Notes under the pieces: model-generated | What the model was told of the DNA's origin: nothing | The model's input: only the letters and a program-made list of their open reading frames with translations | The model's database searches: none | Program-made: the position numbers and the translations under genes | NCBI GenBank assembly: GCA_965178125.1 | Contig: OZ237749.1 | Span: 930,001-994,000 of the forward strand | Direction: 5' to 3' | Source: Bilabrum cf. latius | Taxonomy: Eukaryota | DNA length: 64,000 bases | Part shown: piece by piece, positions 36,597 through 47,500 of the stretch | How the letters are laid out: each line of letters opens with the position of its first letter | Position numbering within the stretch: the first letter of the stretch is position 1

Positions 36597-38666
36597 ATGG
36601 CTAACTCAGGTTCAAGTCTAGGAAAAGCAGGAGCTGCTGCACCGCAAGCTGGTTTTGCTTCGGGCCCGAATCCGATGGCGCCCTCTAGCAATGCCGGCAC
36701 TACAAAGCCAAAGGAAGAGGACGACAACAGGCGGTCTTGCTCGACCTTGTGCTTCGTCATTGCAGGAACTGCTACGATCGCAGTGTTCCTGGCCATTTTC
36801 GTCGGCCTGGCATTTGGCCTCCCAGACGACGACGACGACTCCGATGAGAACAACGGACAAGCTTCTTTCGATGACTTGGTGTCGCAAGGGTCCTGCCCGA
36901 CGAATCCGCCACCCGCTGTGATGCAAAGTTCTACAGCAGAGTTCTTTGTTTCTGTCGAGTTCCCTCTGGCAGCTGGATACTCGGACGGGTGCGCATCTGA
37001 TTCGTTCCCCATCGAGCAGGCCGTCACCGCATCGGTCCCCGCCCCACCGGATCTCATCTTCATCGCCCACCCAGCGCCAGAGACCGTGCAGATCACCATA
37101 ACGCACCAGACTCAGTCCGATGCTGATGGGTCGGCTGCCGCGCTGGCCGACCCATCTGCGGTAGCATCAGTCGCTGCCGCCATCGAATCGTCTATGGCCG
37201 GTGCAGACGTGCTCGAGGACAGCATCGGGCAGCCAGTCACTGGGAGGATTCTATCTACTGCCTCTCCTCAGACAGACGACATGGGAGGCCCGGGAGGACC
37301 CGGTGGGCCGAGCACGGACGACACGGGCAGCGGCAGCGGCGGCGGCAGCGGCGGCGGCAGCAGCAGCGAGCCCGACGCAGGTGACTCTGGGAGCTTCGCT
37401 TTCCCGCCCGTGCGCAGCACCTTCATCAACGAGCTCTTCCCGGTGGCAGACGGCAAGGTGGCAGTACTGGCGCGACAGTCATCCAAGGGCGTCTGGGCCT
37501 CGATGGACCCGCAGGCGGGCACGATCGAGTTCGAGGAGCTGCTGACCGAGCGCTTTACCACCACCATCCTGGACGGGGGCATGGGGCCCTTTCAGGCCGT
37601 GCTCGATGGCAAGGTGTACTTTGGAGGGAACGGCACCGACTCGACCGGCACAACGTCCGGCATGGAGCTGTGGTCTTACGACGGCGAGACGCAGGAGATG
37701 GTGGCCGACATCTACCCGGGCTGGGAGTCCTCCGAGCCACAGGCACTCATCGCGTTCGACAACAAGATCGTGTGTCAGGCCACAATGCCCAACCCGGGCG
37801 CGAGCTTCGAGTTCCCAACGCTGGTGGTGTACGACCCTACGACGGGCCAGGCGGAGCATCCGTTCCCCGCCTCGGACACGGCCAACTATAAGAAGTACTA
37901 CCAGAGCGGCTCCGTGCACAACGGCAAGCTATACATCAAGTACGGGAACCTCGCATTCGTGTGGACCGGCACGGGAGCCCCGACCAGCCTGCAGGCCGCA
38001 GACAGCTTCTACTCGTTCGGCGCGAGGGTGTTCGGGTCGCAGAACCAGTACACGTACGAGATCGACCAGACCACGGAGACCTTCACTCAGCTGCAGCAGG
38101 TCGAGCTGAGGTCGGCATTTACGGCCAGCGGCAAGATGGTGGGACGGTACATCGAGCCTCAAAACGACTACGATGAGTACATCTACGTGTTCGACGAGGC
38201 GCAGGACACCTTCAACCCGGTGGTGCAGGTCAACTCGGACCAGGGGATCGAGGGCAGGGTCTCGCAGGACACCGAGGCCGTGTTCGACGGCAAGTACTTC
38301 TTCGCTGCAGGCTCTGGGACAAGCTGGCCGCTGTACATGTTCGACGGCACGGGGACTCCCACGGCGGTGGGGCAGCAGGCCGCGTTCACGTCCAACATCG
38401 GTGCTTTGGTCTACATCATGTCGGTCACGTCTAACGGGCTCTACTTCAAGCCAACGGTGGGTCAATTCAGCGCGGATCCCTCAGAAGCAGTCCCCCAGGA
38501 CTTCATCGCCATCCGGGCTGGAGGCGTGATCGAGGTGGTCGATGTGGGTGACATGAGGACCTCCAGTCTGGTCAGCGAGGTGCACGGAGTCGAGTACATC
38601 GGTGGCAGCGTTGAGGAAATCAGTGGTTTGGACGCGGCAGTTGTCCTCGCGCTGGATGCTCCCTGA
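36597..38666 (+). CDS. Type II membrane protein with ELWxxDGT-like beta-propeller repeats
   Basis: Single TM helix near the N-terminus. KVYFGG...GMELWSYDG...MVADIYPG..SSEP and KYFFAA...LYMFDGT. No intron, no TAG. Ends TGA. Confidence 0.75.
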   Translation: MANSGSSLGKAGAAAPQAGFASGPNPMAPSSNAGTTKPKEEDDNRRSCSTLCFVIAGTATIAVFLAIFVGLAFGLPDDDDDSDENNGQASFDDLVSQGSCPTNPPPAVMQSSTAEFFVSVEFPLAAGYSDGCASDSFPIEQAVTASVPAPPDLIFIAHPAPETVQITITHQTQSDADGSAAALADPSAVASVAAAIESSMAGADVLEDSIGQPVTGRILSTASPQTDDMGGPGGPGGPSTDDTGSGSGGGSGGGSSSEPDAGDSGSFAFPPVRSTFINELFPVADGKVAVLARQSSKGVWASMDPQAGTIEFEELLTERFTTTILDGGMGPFQAVLDGKVYFGGNGTDSTGTTSGMELWSYDGETQEMVADIYPGWESSEPQALIAFDNKIVCQATMPNPGASFEFPTLVVYDPTTGQAEHPFPASDTANYKKYYQSGSVHNGKLYIKYGNLAFVWTGTGAPTSLQAADSFYSFGARVFGSQNQYTYEIDQTTETFTQLQQVELRSAFTASGKMVGRYIEPQNDYDEYIYVFDEAQDTFNPVVQVNSDQGIEGRVSQDTEAVFDGKYFFAAGSGTSWPLYMFDGTGTPTAVGQQAAFTSNIGALVYIMSVTSNGLYFKPTVGQFSADPSEAVPQDFIAIRAGGVIEVVDVGDMRTSSLVSEVHGVEYIGGSVEEISGLDAAVVLALDAP

Positions 38667-38854
38667 GTTCTGAGTGGATCGGTCGTGCTCCATCGGTTCC
38701 CCATCCGTAGTCCGGACAGACCTAGACCTGTGTTGTGCATGGCTCATCGCTGATTGGCGCTTCAGTGGCCGAGTGTGGACCTCGTGAAGTGCGGTGAATC
38801 GAGCTCATTTGCTTGTATTGATGCGGTAGAAACAATGCCTGGTGATGCCATGCC

Positions 38855-40161
38855 TTACGAGCCCTTCCCATCGCCACTAGCACTGGCACTGGCAGCACCA
38901 CCCGTCGCTGCCCCGCTCCCGCTCCCGCTCACTTTCGCCAGAGCTGCCTCTACTGGGGCATCCTTCACTAGCTTGGGCACCCCCTCCGAGGGAACAAGGC
39001 CGCGCCTGGGATGCGCCACCAGCGCCGACTCGATGTCCCCCCAGTTGCCGCTGTTGTCTCGGTACCACTCCACGGTCCTCTTGAGCCCCTCTTCCCACGT
39101 GACCTCCTCCACCCAGCCCAGCTTCGCGAGCCTGTCCGTTTCCAGCGGATACCTGAGGTCGTTGAACAAGCGGTCCTCCACCGTGACAATCCACTCCTTC
39201 TTGGCCTTTTCCTTGTCCCCCCCGCACTCGTCCACCTTGCCCATGAGCCCCAGCAGAGTCTCGGCCACGACCAGGTTGGACAGCTCGTTCCTGCCCCCGA
39301 TGTTGTACGTCTCGCCCACAGCGCCCTTGTGCAGCACCACGTCAAAAGCAGCTGCCACATCTTCCACGTACAGGTAGTTCCTGGTGTTGGACCCGTCCCC
39401 GTGCAAAGTGAGTTTCCGATCGCGGAACAGCTGGTTGATGAACTTGGGAATGATCTTCTCGGGGTACTGGTGGGGCCCGTACACGTTGTTCCCCCGAGTG
39501 ATGATCACTGGAAGGTGAAACGAGCGCTAGTAGGCCTTCACTAGATACTCTGCGCCGGCCTTGGTGGCTGCGTACGGGTTAGTCGGCTCGAGGATTGTCT
39601 TTGTCTCGTGGCTCTTGGCTCCCGTGGCACCCTCGCCGTACACCTCGTCGGTTGACACATGGATGAACACCTTCAGCTGGCTACCTAGGCTCTTGGCTGC
39701 CTCTAGCATGACATGGGTTCCAAGAACGTTGCATTCCGTAAAGCTAAAGCTATTTCCGAACGAATTGTCTACGTGTGTTTGCGCAGCAAAGTGCATGATG
39801 GTGTCAATCCCTTCTTTGTGGAGCACATATCGCACCAGGTCAGCGGATCCGATATCACCTTTGACGAACTCGTAGTTCGGCTCGTCGGCTATGCTTTCAA
39901 TGTTTTTGAGCGACGCGCAATAATCTAGTCGATCGAAGTTTACAATCTTGTACTGAGGATACTTCCTGACGAGTCGCATCACCACATGGGAGGCGCTGCG
40001 AATTATATATATATAGTAGTATGCAGGCTAAGACTAGGCGACGACAAACACAAGATAATCTTGGGTCTCGGCATAAACACTCACATAAACCCGGCACCTC
40101 CAGTGATTAGGATCCGTCGTTCGAATCCGTCTGTTTTCGCAGGACTTGATGCACTCGCCAT
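38855..40161 (-). CDS. UDP/dTDP-glucose 4,6-dehydratase (rhamnose biosynthesis; RHM N-terminal/TGDS-like)
   Basis: ILITGGAGF|IASH (intron 39996-40084), HFAAQTHVDNSF, STDEVYG, YAATK, TRGNNVYGP. TAG at 39527 (VKAY*RSF). Ends TAA. Confidence 0.93.
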
Positions 40162-40352
40162 ATTGCAATGTATTCCGATAAAATTATACGCAAAGTACGA
40201 CTTCGTTAGCTCTGTTTGTTGCAATTTTTGCAAACAACGCTAGCACAACTCGGAGTTGAATGATATTGTAAGGTTTACTTCATGGCGTAAATGAGAAAAA
40301 TCGAAATCAAGATCAAGAACAGGTGGTCTTTCATTAGATAAGTTGGGCTGGA

Positions 40353-41305
40353 ATGTTGAACCTGTTCTGTTGTATTCTATTCGTGCTAGCTGCTTCCGCT
40401 ACGTACGCCATGAGAAGCGGTTCAGGTGAGGTTATACTGCGTTTCTCCCCTACAGTTGCTCCTGCGATGATTCTACCACTCCACAGGCTTGTTTGGCATG
40501 ACTCGCACAGCGCCATTGCAGTGCATGTAAGAAATTGGGACATACTATTTCGCAGCTGATGGAGCTTGGCCCAAGCCCCCATTTACAGACAAGGTGGGCA
40601 CGGCGAGGTGGATGATGGCCTCGATCGATTGGGCTGTCCTTGCTACCAAGAGCGTGCACCTCGGCGGTGTCCCCTTCGGCAATATCATAAGCAGTGCCAA
40701 CGTGACGACAAAAGAATTTGGTGGCGGCGTCCCGGTTTTCTACACCTCTCCCATGGACACGAGCATGCAGGACATCGCTATCAACAATTCTGTGTCTCTC
40801 ACGTACAGCGAGGCTGAGCTGCGAAGCGAGTGCTCCCCAGCATCTGGTGGCAACAGCTCCCAGCCAGACCCCGAGCTGCCAACCTGCGCCAGGCTGACGT
40901 TTTCCGGGAAGTTCGTGAAGACGCCCGCTCACGAGGTCGCACGGGCCAAGGAGCAGCTCTTTCGGATCCACCCCCAGATGAAAGAATGGCCGGGCGACCA
41001 CGACTGGGAGGTCTGCCAGCTTGACATTCAGGGTAAGGGTGGCGGTGTTACTGCTCTGCGCACTGTTGAAGCTAGGTTGCCACAGGCTACAATAACTTCT
41101 CGCAACCAACCGCACCTTGAGATTTCTCCCCGCCCGGTTGCAGATGCTCTTTGCTGCGCTATCCAGCGACCGCATGTGTCCCCGCATTTCTTCTATTGAT
41201 TCTTGTCCTATCGCAGAGATCTGGATGATTGATTTCTTTGGTGGTGCCACGCACATCCCACCCGCTCAGTACGCCGCCTACCAGCCGCCCTCGAGAGAAG
41301 TCTGA
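40353..41305 (+). CDS. CREG: CREG-like secreted/lysosomal protein (split-barrel fold)
   Basis: Signal peptide, ARW...W.VLAT.S, DPELPTCARLTFSG, HPQMKEWP..HDW, IWMIDFFGG. Introns 40426-40555 and 41033-41216. Ends TGA. Confidence 0.85.
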
Positions 41306-41581
41306 GGATGAGCGGTCGATGCTTGCACCGTTCGGTCGACTGGTCTAGACGGTTGATGGGCGGACCTGCGATCCATAGATAGCTGCTCGTTGGGGTCCAC
41401 TGAAGCGCGTTCTGGTTGCCTAGGCGTCGCTGTATGCTCTGTGCACCCTAGAAATGAAGATGGAAATTGAAAAAATGCTCTTGAGGATCATGGACACTCC
41501 AGGAAGCTAGGACGTCCAAATGCACGCACCCAACTCTGTCAGCGGCCGGCACGATTCATTATCATCCACCGGTGACTTTTG

Positions 41582-44500
41582 TCACTTGCCACCCCTCAGG
41601 CTCCTGAACCTCGTCACTGCGTCCGCTGGCGCCTCGCCCGTGCGCTCCGCCTCGTCTGCCTGCGCCCTCAGCTCCCTCTCCTCCTGCTCGACCTTCCTGG
41701 CCCTGGCTTCCAGAGACTTTGCGGCGCGGATCGACTGCTTGAGCTCCTCTTTCTCCGCCTCGCTCAGCCCCTCGGCGCCCTCGATCGAGTCAACGGCCGA
41801 CTCGTCCCCAGGCAGGTCCTCCTTGGCTGCCTCCTCCTCGGACACTTCTCCGTCCAGGGGCTCTGGGGCATCTCCCGCCTCGGAGCCGGTGAGGATGTGT
41901 TCCCTGGCGTCAAGCCTCTCGGCAGCCTCCCTGTTCAGCCGCTCTCGCACCTCCTCGTAGCCGTACTGCCTGGGCTCCTGCCCGTCGATCTCACCCTGGT
42001 CAAGGTCGAACTGGTACTGCACGGGCTTCGGGATCACAGAGGGCTCGGGATGCTGCACCTGAGGGGGGGAGGACGGCGCTGGGTCTGACTGCGACTGTGG
42101 CGCGGTGGAGGGAGCCGGCTCAGTCTCAGTTTGGGTCCCTGCCCCTGTGTCGGTGTCGGTGTTGCCAGCGTCCTGGGCTGTGGGGCCCTAGCTGGGAGGA
42201 GCGGCGCCGCTACCGTCGCCGGTCGGCTGGTCCTGCTGCTGCTCTTCTCCCGCTCCAGCGCCAGACGATGCCGGTGTCAAGGGTGGTGATGATGGCGCAG
42301 GCGGACCATCCTGAGGGACACTGGGTACCTCTGGCTCATCTTCTTGCACCGGGGATGGGTCTCCTTCCTCTTCTTCTTCTTCTTCCTCTTGATCTTTCTC
42401 GGCCTCCACTGCAGGCTGAAGCTGCCCACCATCCTCGGAAGGCTCTTCCTCCTCCTCTTCCTCTTCCTCCTCCTCCCCTTCCTCTGCCACCGCATCCTCC
42501 CCTGCCTCCACCTGCGGCTGGGGCCCCTCTCCCGAGCTCTCGCTCTGCTTCCCGGCCGCGATGCCCTCGAGCCGCTTGGCCTTGGCCGCAGCCGCATCGC
42601 GCTCCTCCTTCGCCACCGCAGCAGCGTCCTCGGCCTCCTGCTTGGCCCTGTCCGCGCGCAGCACCTCCTTATCCGCCAGCTCGCCTGCACCTCCAGGCAA
42701 CCGGGGGAGCCGAGGGGCCTCCAGGGGCAGCGCTTGCGCCAGCCGAGCCGCCACCGCCTCCCTGGGCTCCCCGCTGTCGTGCAGCGCAAGGTCGGCTTCG
42801 GCCAGCCTCTGCGCCTGCTGGCGGGCCCTCTGGGCAGGCAGCACGGCAGCCCTCGATGCCTCCACCGCCTCCCTGGCAGTCCCCTGGTGCGCCGCCGCCT
42901 CTGCCATCGCCTCCGAGGCGCTGCATATGGCCTCCTTGGCCCGAGCAGAGCGCTCCAGTCGGCGGGAGGTCACGTCCCTCGCCGCCTCAGCGGCCTGTTC
43001 CCTGCCCTTCCTGAGCGCGGCGTCGATGGCACGCAGCCTGTGCATGAGCTTCGTGTACGTCTCCACAGAGGTGGCCGAGGCGTTGACGTGCAGCGCCACG
43101 GCCGTGCAGTGGTCTCCTTGTCCCCGGCACTTGTCCGCGATGACGGCCTCTTCCACCAGCTCGTCTGCCTCTGTGCGGGCCTTGGGCGCAGGGGCCGGGG
43201 CCGTGGCCGCCTCTAGCGCGCCGTCAGCCGTGGCGTTGTCGCCGGCGCTGCCAGTTCCCTCGGGGCTGCCCTCTCCAGACACCGGGTCCTCCACGTCGGA
43301 CAGGGGCACGGGACCGGACTACATGACGCCCAGCATGCCCTGCTTGGCCAGCGACTCGGTCTGGGTTTCGCCCAGAGGCACCTGAGAGGCAGGTGGCGCG
43401 GGGGCCTCCCCCTCCCCCTCGCCCTCGCCCTCTTCTGGGCCAGCCTGCACATCGCCATCCTCGCCCTCATCTTCGACAGCCTGCACATTGCCATCCTCGC
43501 CCTCATCTTCGCCAGGCTCTGCTTCTGCCTCATGCTCGTCTTTGCCGGACTCGCTTTCATCACCAGTGGGCTCATCCTTCTCCTCCTGGTCCTGCTCCTG
43601 CCTAACCGATCGGAAGCGGGGGGGCTCCCCCACCTGCGCCATGGGATCGATTTGCTCTGCGGACGACGCCACACCGGCCGACAGGGTAGACCCCGCCGAT
43701 GCCTCGCCCAGAAGCGACTCTCGGCCATATAGCTCAGAGGCCAGGGGAGTCGGTGACACGGCACCATAAGCTCCATGGGCCGCCTCCAGCGCAGCCTCCA
43801 CCTCCGACACGGGGTCCATGCCCGCGCCCCCGCCTGCTCCTGCCTGCAAGAAGGCCAGGTCAGCGGCGGGTGGAGGCGATGCATGCTGCTGCTGCGAGCC
43901 GCCGTGTGTCTTCGCCCTAGCACTCTTGAGCACGCCGAGGAGCTTGGCGAGGACGGCACCCGGCCCCTCCCTCTTCTACCTGGCCAGCTCCTCGTCCTCC
44001 GCGTGCTTGCTTGCGGCCACCGTGGGGCCCATGGAGCTCTCCCGGGCGAGCGAGGTCTCCAGCCCCGGTCGCACAATGGGCGCAGACTACCCGTGCAGCC
44101 CCTCTCCCTCTGCGAGCGGGGAGCCCAGCCGGTGCACAGCCGACCTCACCTGGTGGATGGAGTGGTCCAGGTACACCGCGGCGAGGTGGGACACCCTCAG
44201 CCGCAGCCGCTCCAAGACCTCCACCCTCTCCTGCGTCACGTTGAGCACGGTAGCGGCGGAGTCCACCCTGGCCTGCAGCCACAGCACGGCGTGCGCCGTC
44301 TCGTTCAGCGTCTGCATGGCGATGTCCATCGCGTCACGCAGCAGCCCTCGGTCCGGCGACATCTGCATCTCGGCCGCGACGCCGATCTTGCGGGCGGAAG
44401 CGCCCCACTCCTCCGCGGCGGCCGACACCTCGTGCGCCTCGTCAAGCTCAAACGATGCCCGCTAGGCCTCGTCCAGCGCGTCCACGATGCCCTCCCGCAG

Positions 44501-47500
44501 CTTCTCCACCTGCCGCGCCAGCTGGGTCCGGTGCTCGATGTCACGCACGGCAGCCGTCGAAGCCTCCTTGGCCTCCCTAGAGTCCCTGGCCAGCGCCTTG
44601 GAGGACTCCGCTTGGGCCGCGCGCAGGGCCGCGTTGGCGGCCTACTGCGCGATGGTCACGGTGCGGTTGGCTGCCCCACGGGCCGCCGCCAGCTCCTGCT
44701 CGATGTCCGCGAGGTCCTCCTTGGTGCTGTCTTCCTGCTCCTCCACCGCCTGCAGCAGGGGAGCCAGCCGGGTCTGGGAAGCCTCCTTGGCCTCCTTGGC
44801 GTCGCGGATGACTCCCTTGAGCTTCGAGTCGAGCTGCTGCTCGGCCTTGGAGACACGCTGCTGCTCGTCATGCAGGAGGGACAGCACGGAAGGCACGGTG
44901 CGCAGGGCCTTCGCCCTGTCGCGCAGGCGCCCCAGGTGCTTGGCGGACGTGGCCAGCACGGAGGACAGCCTGGCCTCCTCCTGGTCCAGCCTGAGGCCCG
45001 CCTGCCGCAGGGCAGCGGATGCCGCGTGCCTGCGCTTTGACTCCGCCTCCCGTGCCTGGGCGCGTCTGCGCGCGTCCCTCGCTGCCTGCTGCTGGCCCGC
45101 GCGCTGCTGCTTGACGGCGGCAGACTTGCCTGCTGGCAAGGTCTGCCCCTCGAGGCAGTCGATCGGGTCCGCCTCGAAGCGGCCGTCCGAGCACTGCGCC
45201 CAGTTGAGCTCCATGGCCTTGTCGATGCGCGCCAGCTCCGCCTCCTGCCGGTCGGCCACCTCCCGGGCCTCGTCAGCCAGCCGGTCCGCCTCTGTCCGCC
45301 CCGCGAGCGCCTCGGCCACCTCCTTCCTGCGCTGCTTGACGGCCTCGAGCCGCTGCCGGACCGCCTAAATCTCGCCGTCGGCGCCGGTAAGCGCCAGCTC
45401 TGCGGACTTGCGGATGTTGTTCACCACGGCAGCGGCCTCCTCTGGAGTTGCAATTGACACGGGGGCGGGGGCAGGTGGCGTGCCCGGGGCTGGGGGGCTG
45501 CCTGCTGTCCCATTCCCATTGCCAGCAGCACCAGGCACAGGGACCGGCCCCTCGTCTGTGCCCTCCTTCGCGCCGCTGCCTGCCGTGCCGTTGCCCGGTG
45601 CACCCTCATTTCCTGGCTTATCAGCTCCGGTCATGCCTCCGATCACCTGCGATTGCGCCCCGTGCAGCAGCTCGTCCCCAGCCCCAGACGAGGCACCTTG
45701 CGTGGCAAAGGCACCCGCGGCACGTGCCGCCTGCCGGGCCAGCGAGGACCCCTCCCCGCCGCCTCCCGCGGGGTGGGGCAGCTCCACGCCACCAGCTGCC
45801 CCCAGCAGCTCACGCTTCATCTCCGCCGCCTCCGTCGAGACCTGGTCCGCGACATCGTGCGCTGCCTTCACTGCGGCCTCACCACCTCGGGTCAGGTCCC
45901 TAAGACCGGCGGCAGACATGCCCGGCGGGAGCAGGTCGGCCAGCCTGGGGGGCGAGGGGGGCGGGCCCGGGATGGGGAGGTCCTTGAGGCTGTCTGGGAC
46001 TGCGTGCGGGGACATGGGCTCTACCAGGGAGCCGGCTGGGGCTGTGCTGTCCTGGTTCTCGGGCAGCGGGGCAGAGGTCGGCATCGGATACTGCTCGTGC
46101 TCGTGCCCGTGCCCGTGCTCGTGCATGGCCGCAGGTACACCTGGCCCGGATGTATGCTGCGGGTGGACACCCGGAGCATAGCTAGCCGTGCTGCTGTAGT
46201 GGTCCTCCTCATATGGCAGGTCCTCCCCATATGGCTACTGTCCGAATGGGTGATCGCCGTGCTGCTCATCTCCGTACGGCTCATCGCCATACAGCTCGCC
46301 CTCGCCCATCTCCGGCACGCCCTCCTCGCCGTAGCTGAGACCGTTGAAGTGCTTCGCCGCATTGCCGACAGGGTCCGGCACTGCACCAGGCTGCAAGTGA
46401 GCAGTGGGACCATCGCCGCCGACGGGCAGAGGGCCAGTTGGATCGAGCGGCCCTAGAGGTGGCTGGGGCTCGCGCAATCCCGTCACGGACATGACAGGCG
46501 AGCCACCCGCCTTGCCACCAGCAGGGTTCTCGCGCCCCATCGCCCTGCGGCTGCGGAACCGCGCACCCGCCCCCGCCCCGGCATCTAGCCTCGCCGCACC
46601 ACCGAGGGCCATCCCCATCCCCGCGGGCGTCCAGGAGGGGTCCTGCTGCATGAGCGCCCTCTCGCCCGCGGTCAGCAATCCATCCGTGCCCAGGGAACTC
46701 CCCACGCTGGGCTCACTCTGCCATGCTCGGCCCGCTCCAGTGGATCGAAAGCGGGCCGTCCCTGCTGCGCTGAGACCGGCCCCAAAGGGACTGTCGGCCT
46801 GCTCGGAGGCTGCGTGCTGGGCTTGCCCGTTGGCCTGCTGCCGCGCCAAGAGGTCTTGTTCCTCTGGGGTCAGCAGAGAGACGGGGCTCGACAGATCGCT
46901 CGAAGCGTACGGGAGGGAGTGGCTAGAGGCCTGCAGCAAGCTCATGCCGCGCCCATGCATGTGAGCGCGGCCATGCAGGTGCCCACTGTGACCATGCAAG
47001 TGCCTACGGGCCCTTGCCGAGTGGACCTAGGAGTGGGAGTGGGTGTGCGATCCGTGATGCCCCGGCTCTGCGGCCTGCAGCACCTGCTGCTTGATCCCGT
47101 GCCCTAGCCTGCGGTGGGCCCGCAGGGCGCGGCTCTCCATCGCAGAGGAGCTGCCATGAGCGCGGAGGGTGCTGTGGGAGACCGAGGCAGCTGCCGCGCT
47201 CCTGCGGCCTGTCCCTGCCGATGCCCTCGGGCGGCTAGAGGCTGCCTTCCCCAGGGAGCCTGTGCCTGTGCCCATCCTCCTCCTCGAGGCGAACCGCTGG
47301 GCCTCTTGGCCGGCCTCTTCCTCTTCCTGCTCCTCTTCGTCGTCTTCTGACTGCTCCTCTTCTGGTTCCTCATCTGCATCCCCGCCTTCAGCAGGCTTGA
47401 CGTCTTTGGTACCCTCCTCACCCTCGTCCTTGATTTCCTTGGCATCGCCATCCTTGGACTTGTCTTCCTATTCGTTGCCATCTCCTTTTGATTCCACCCC

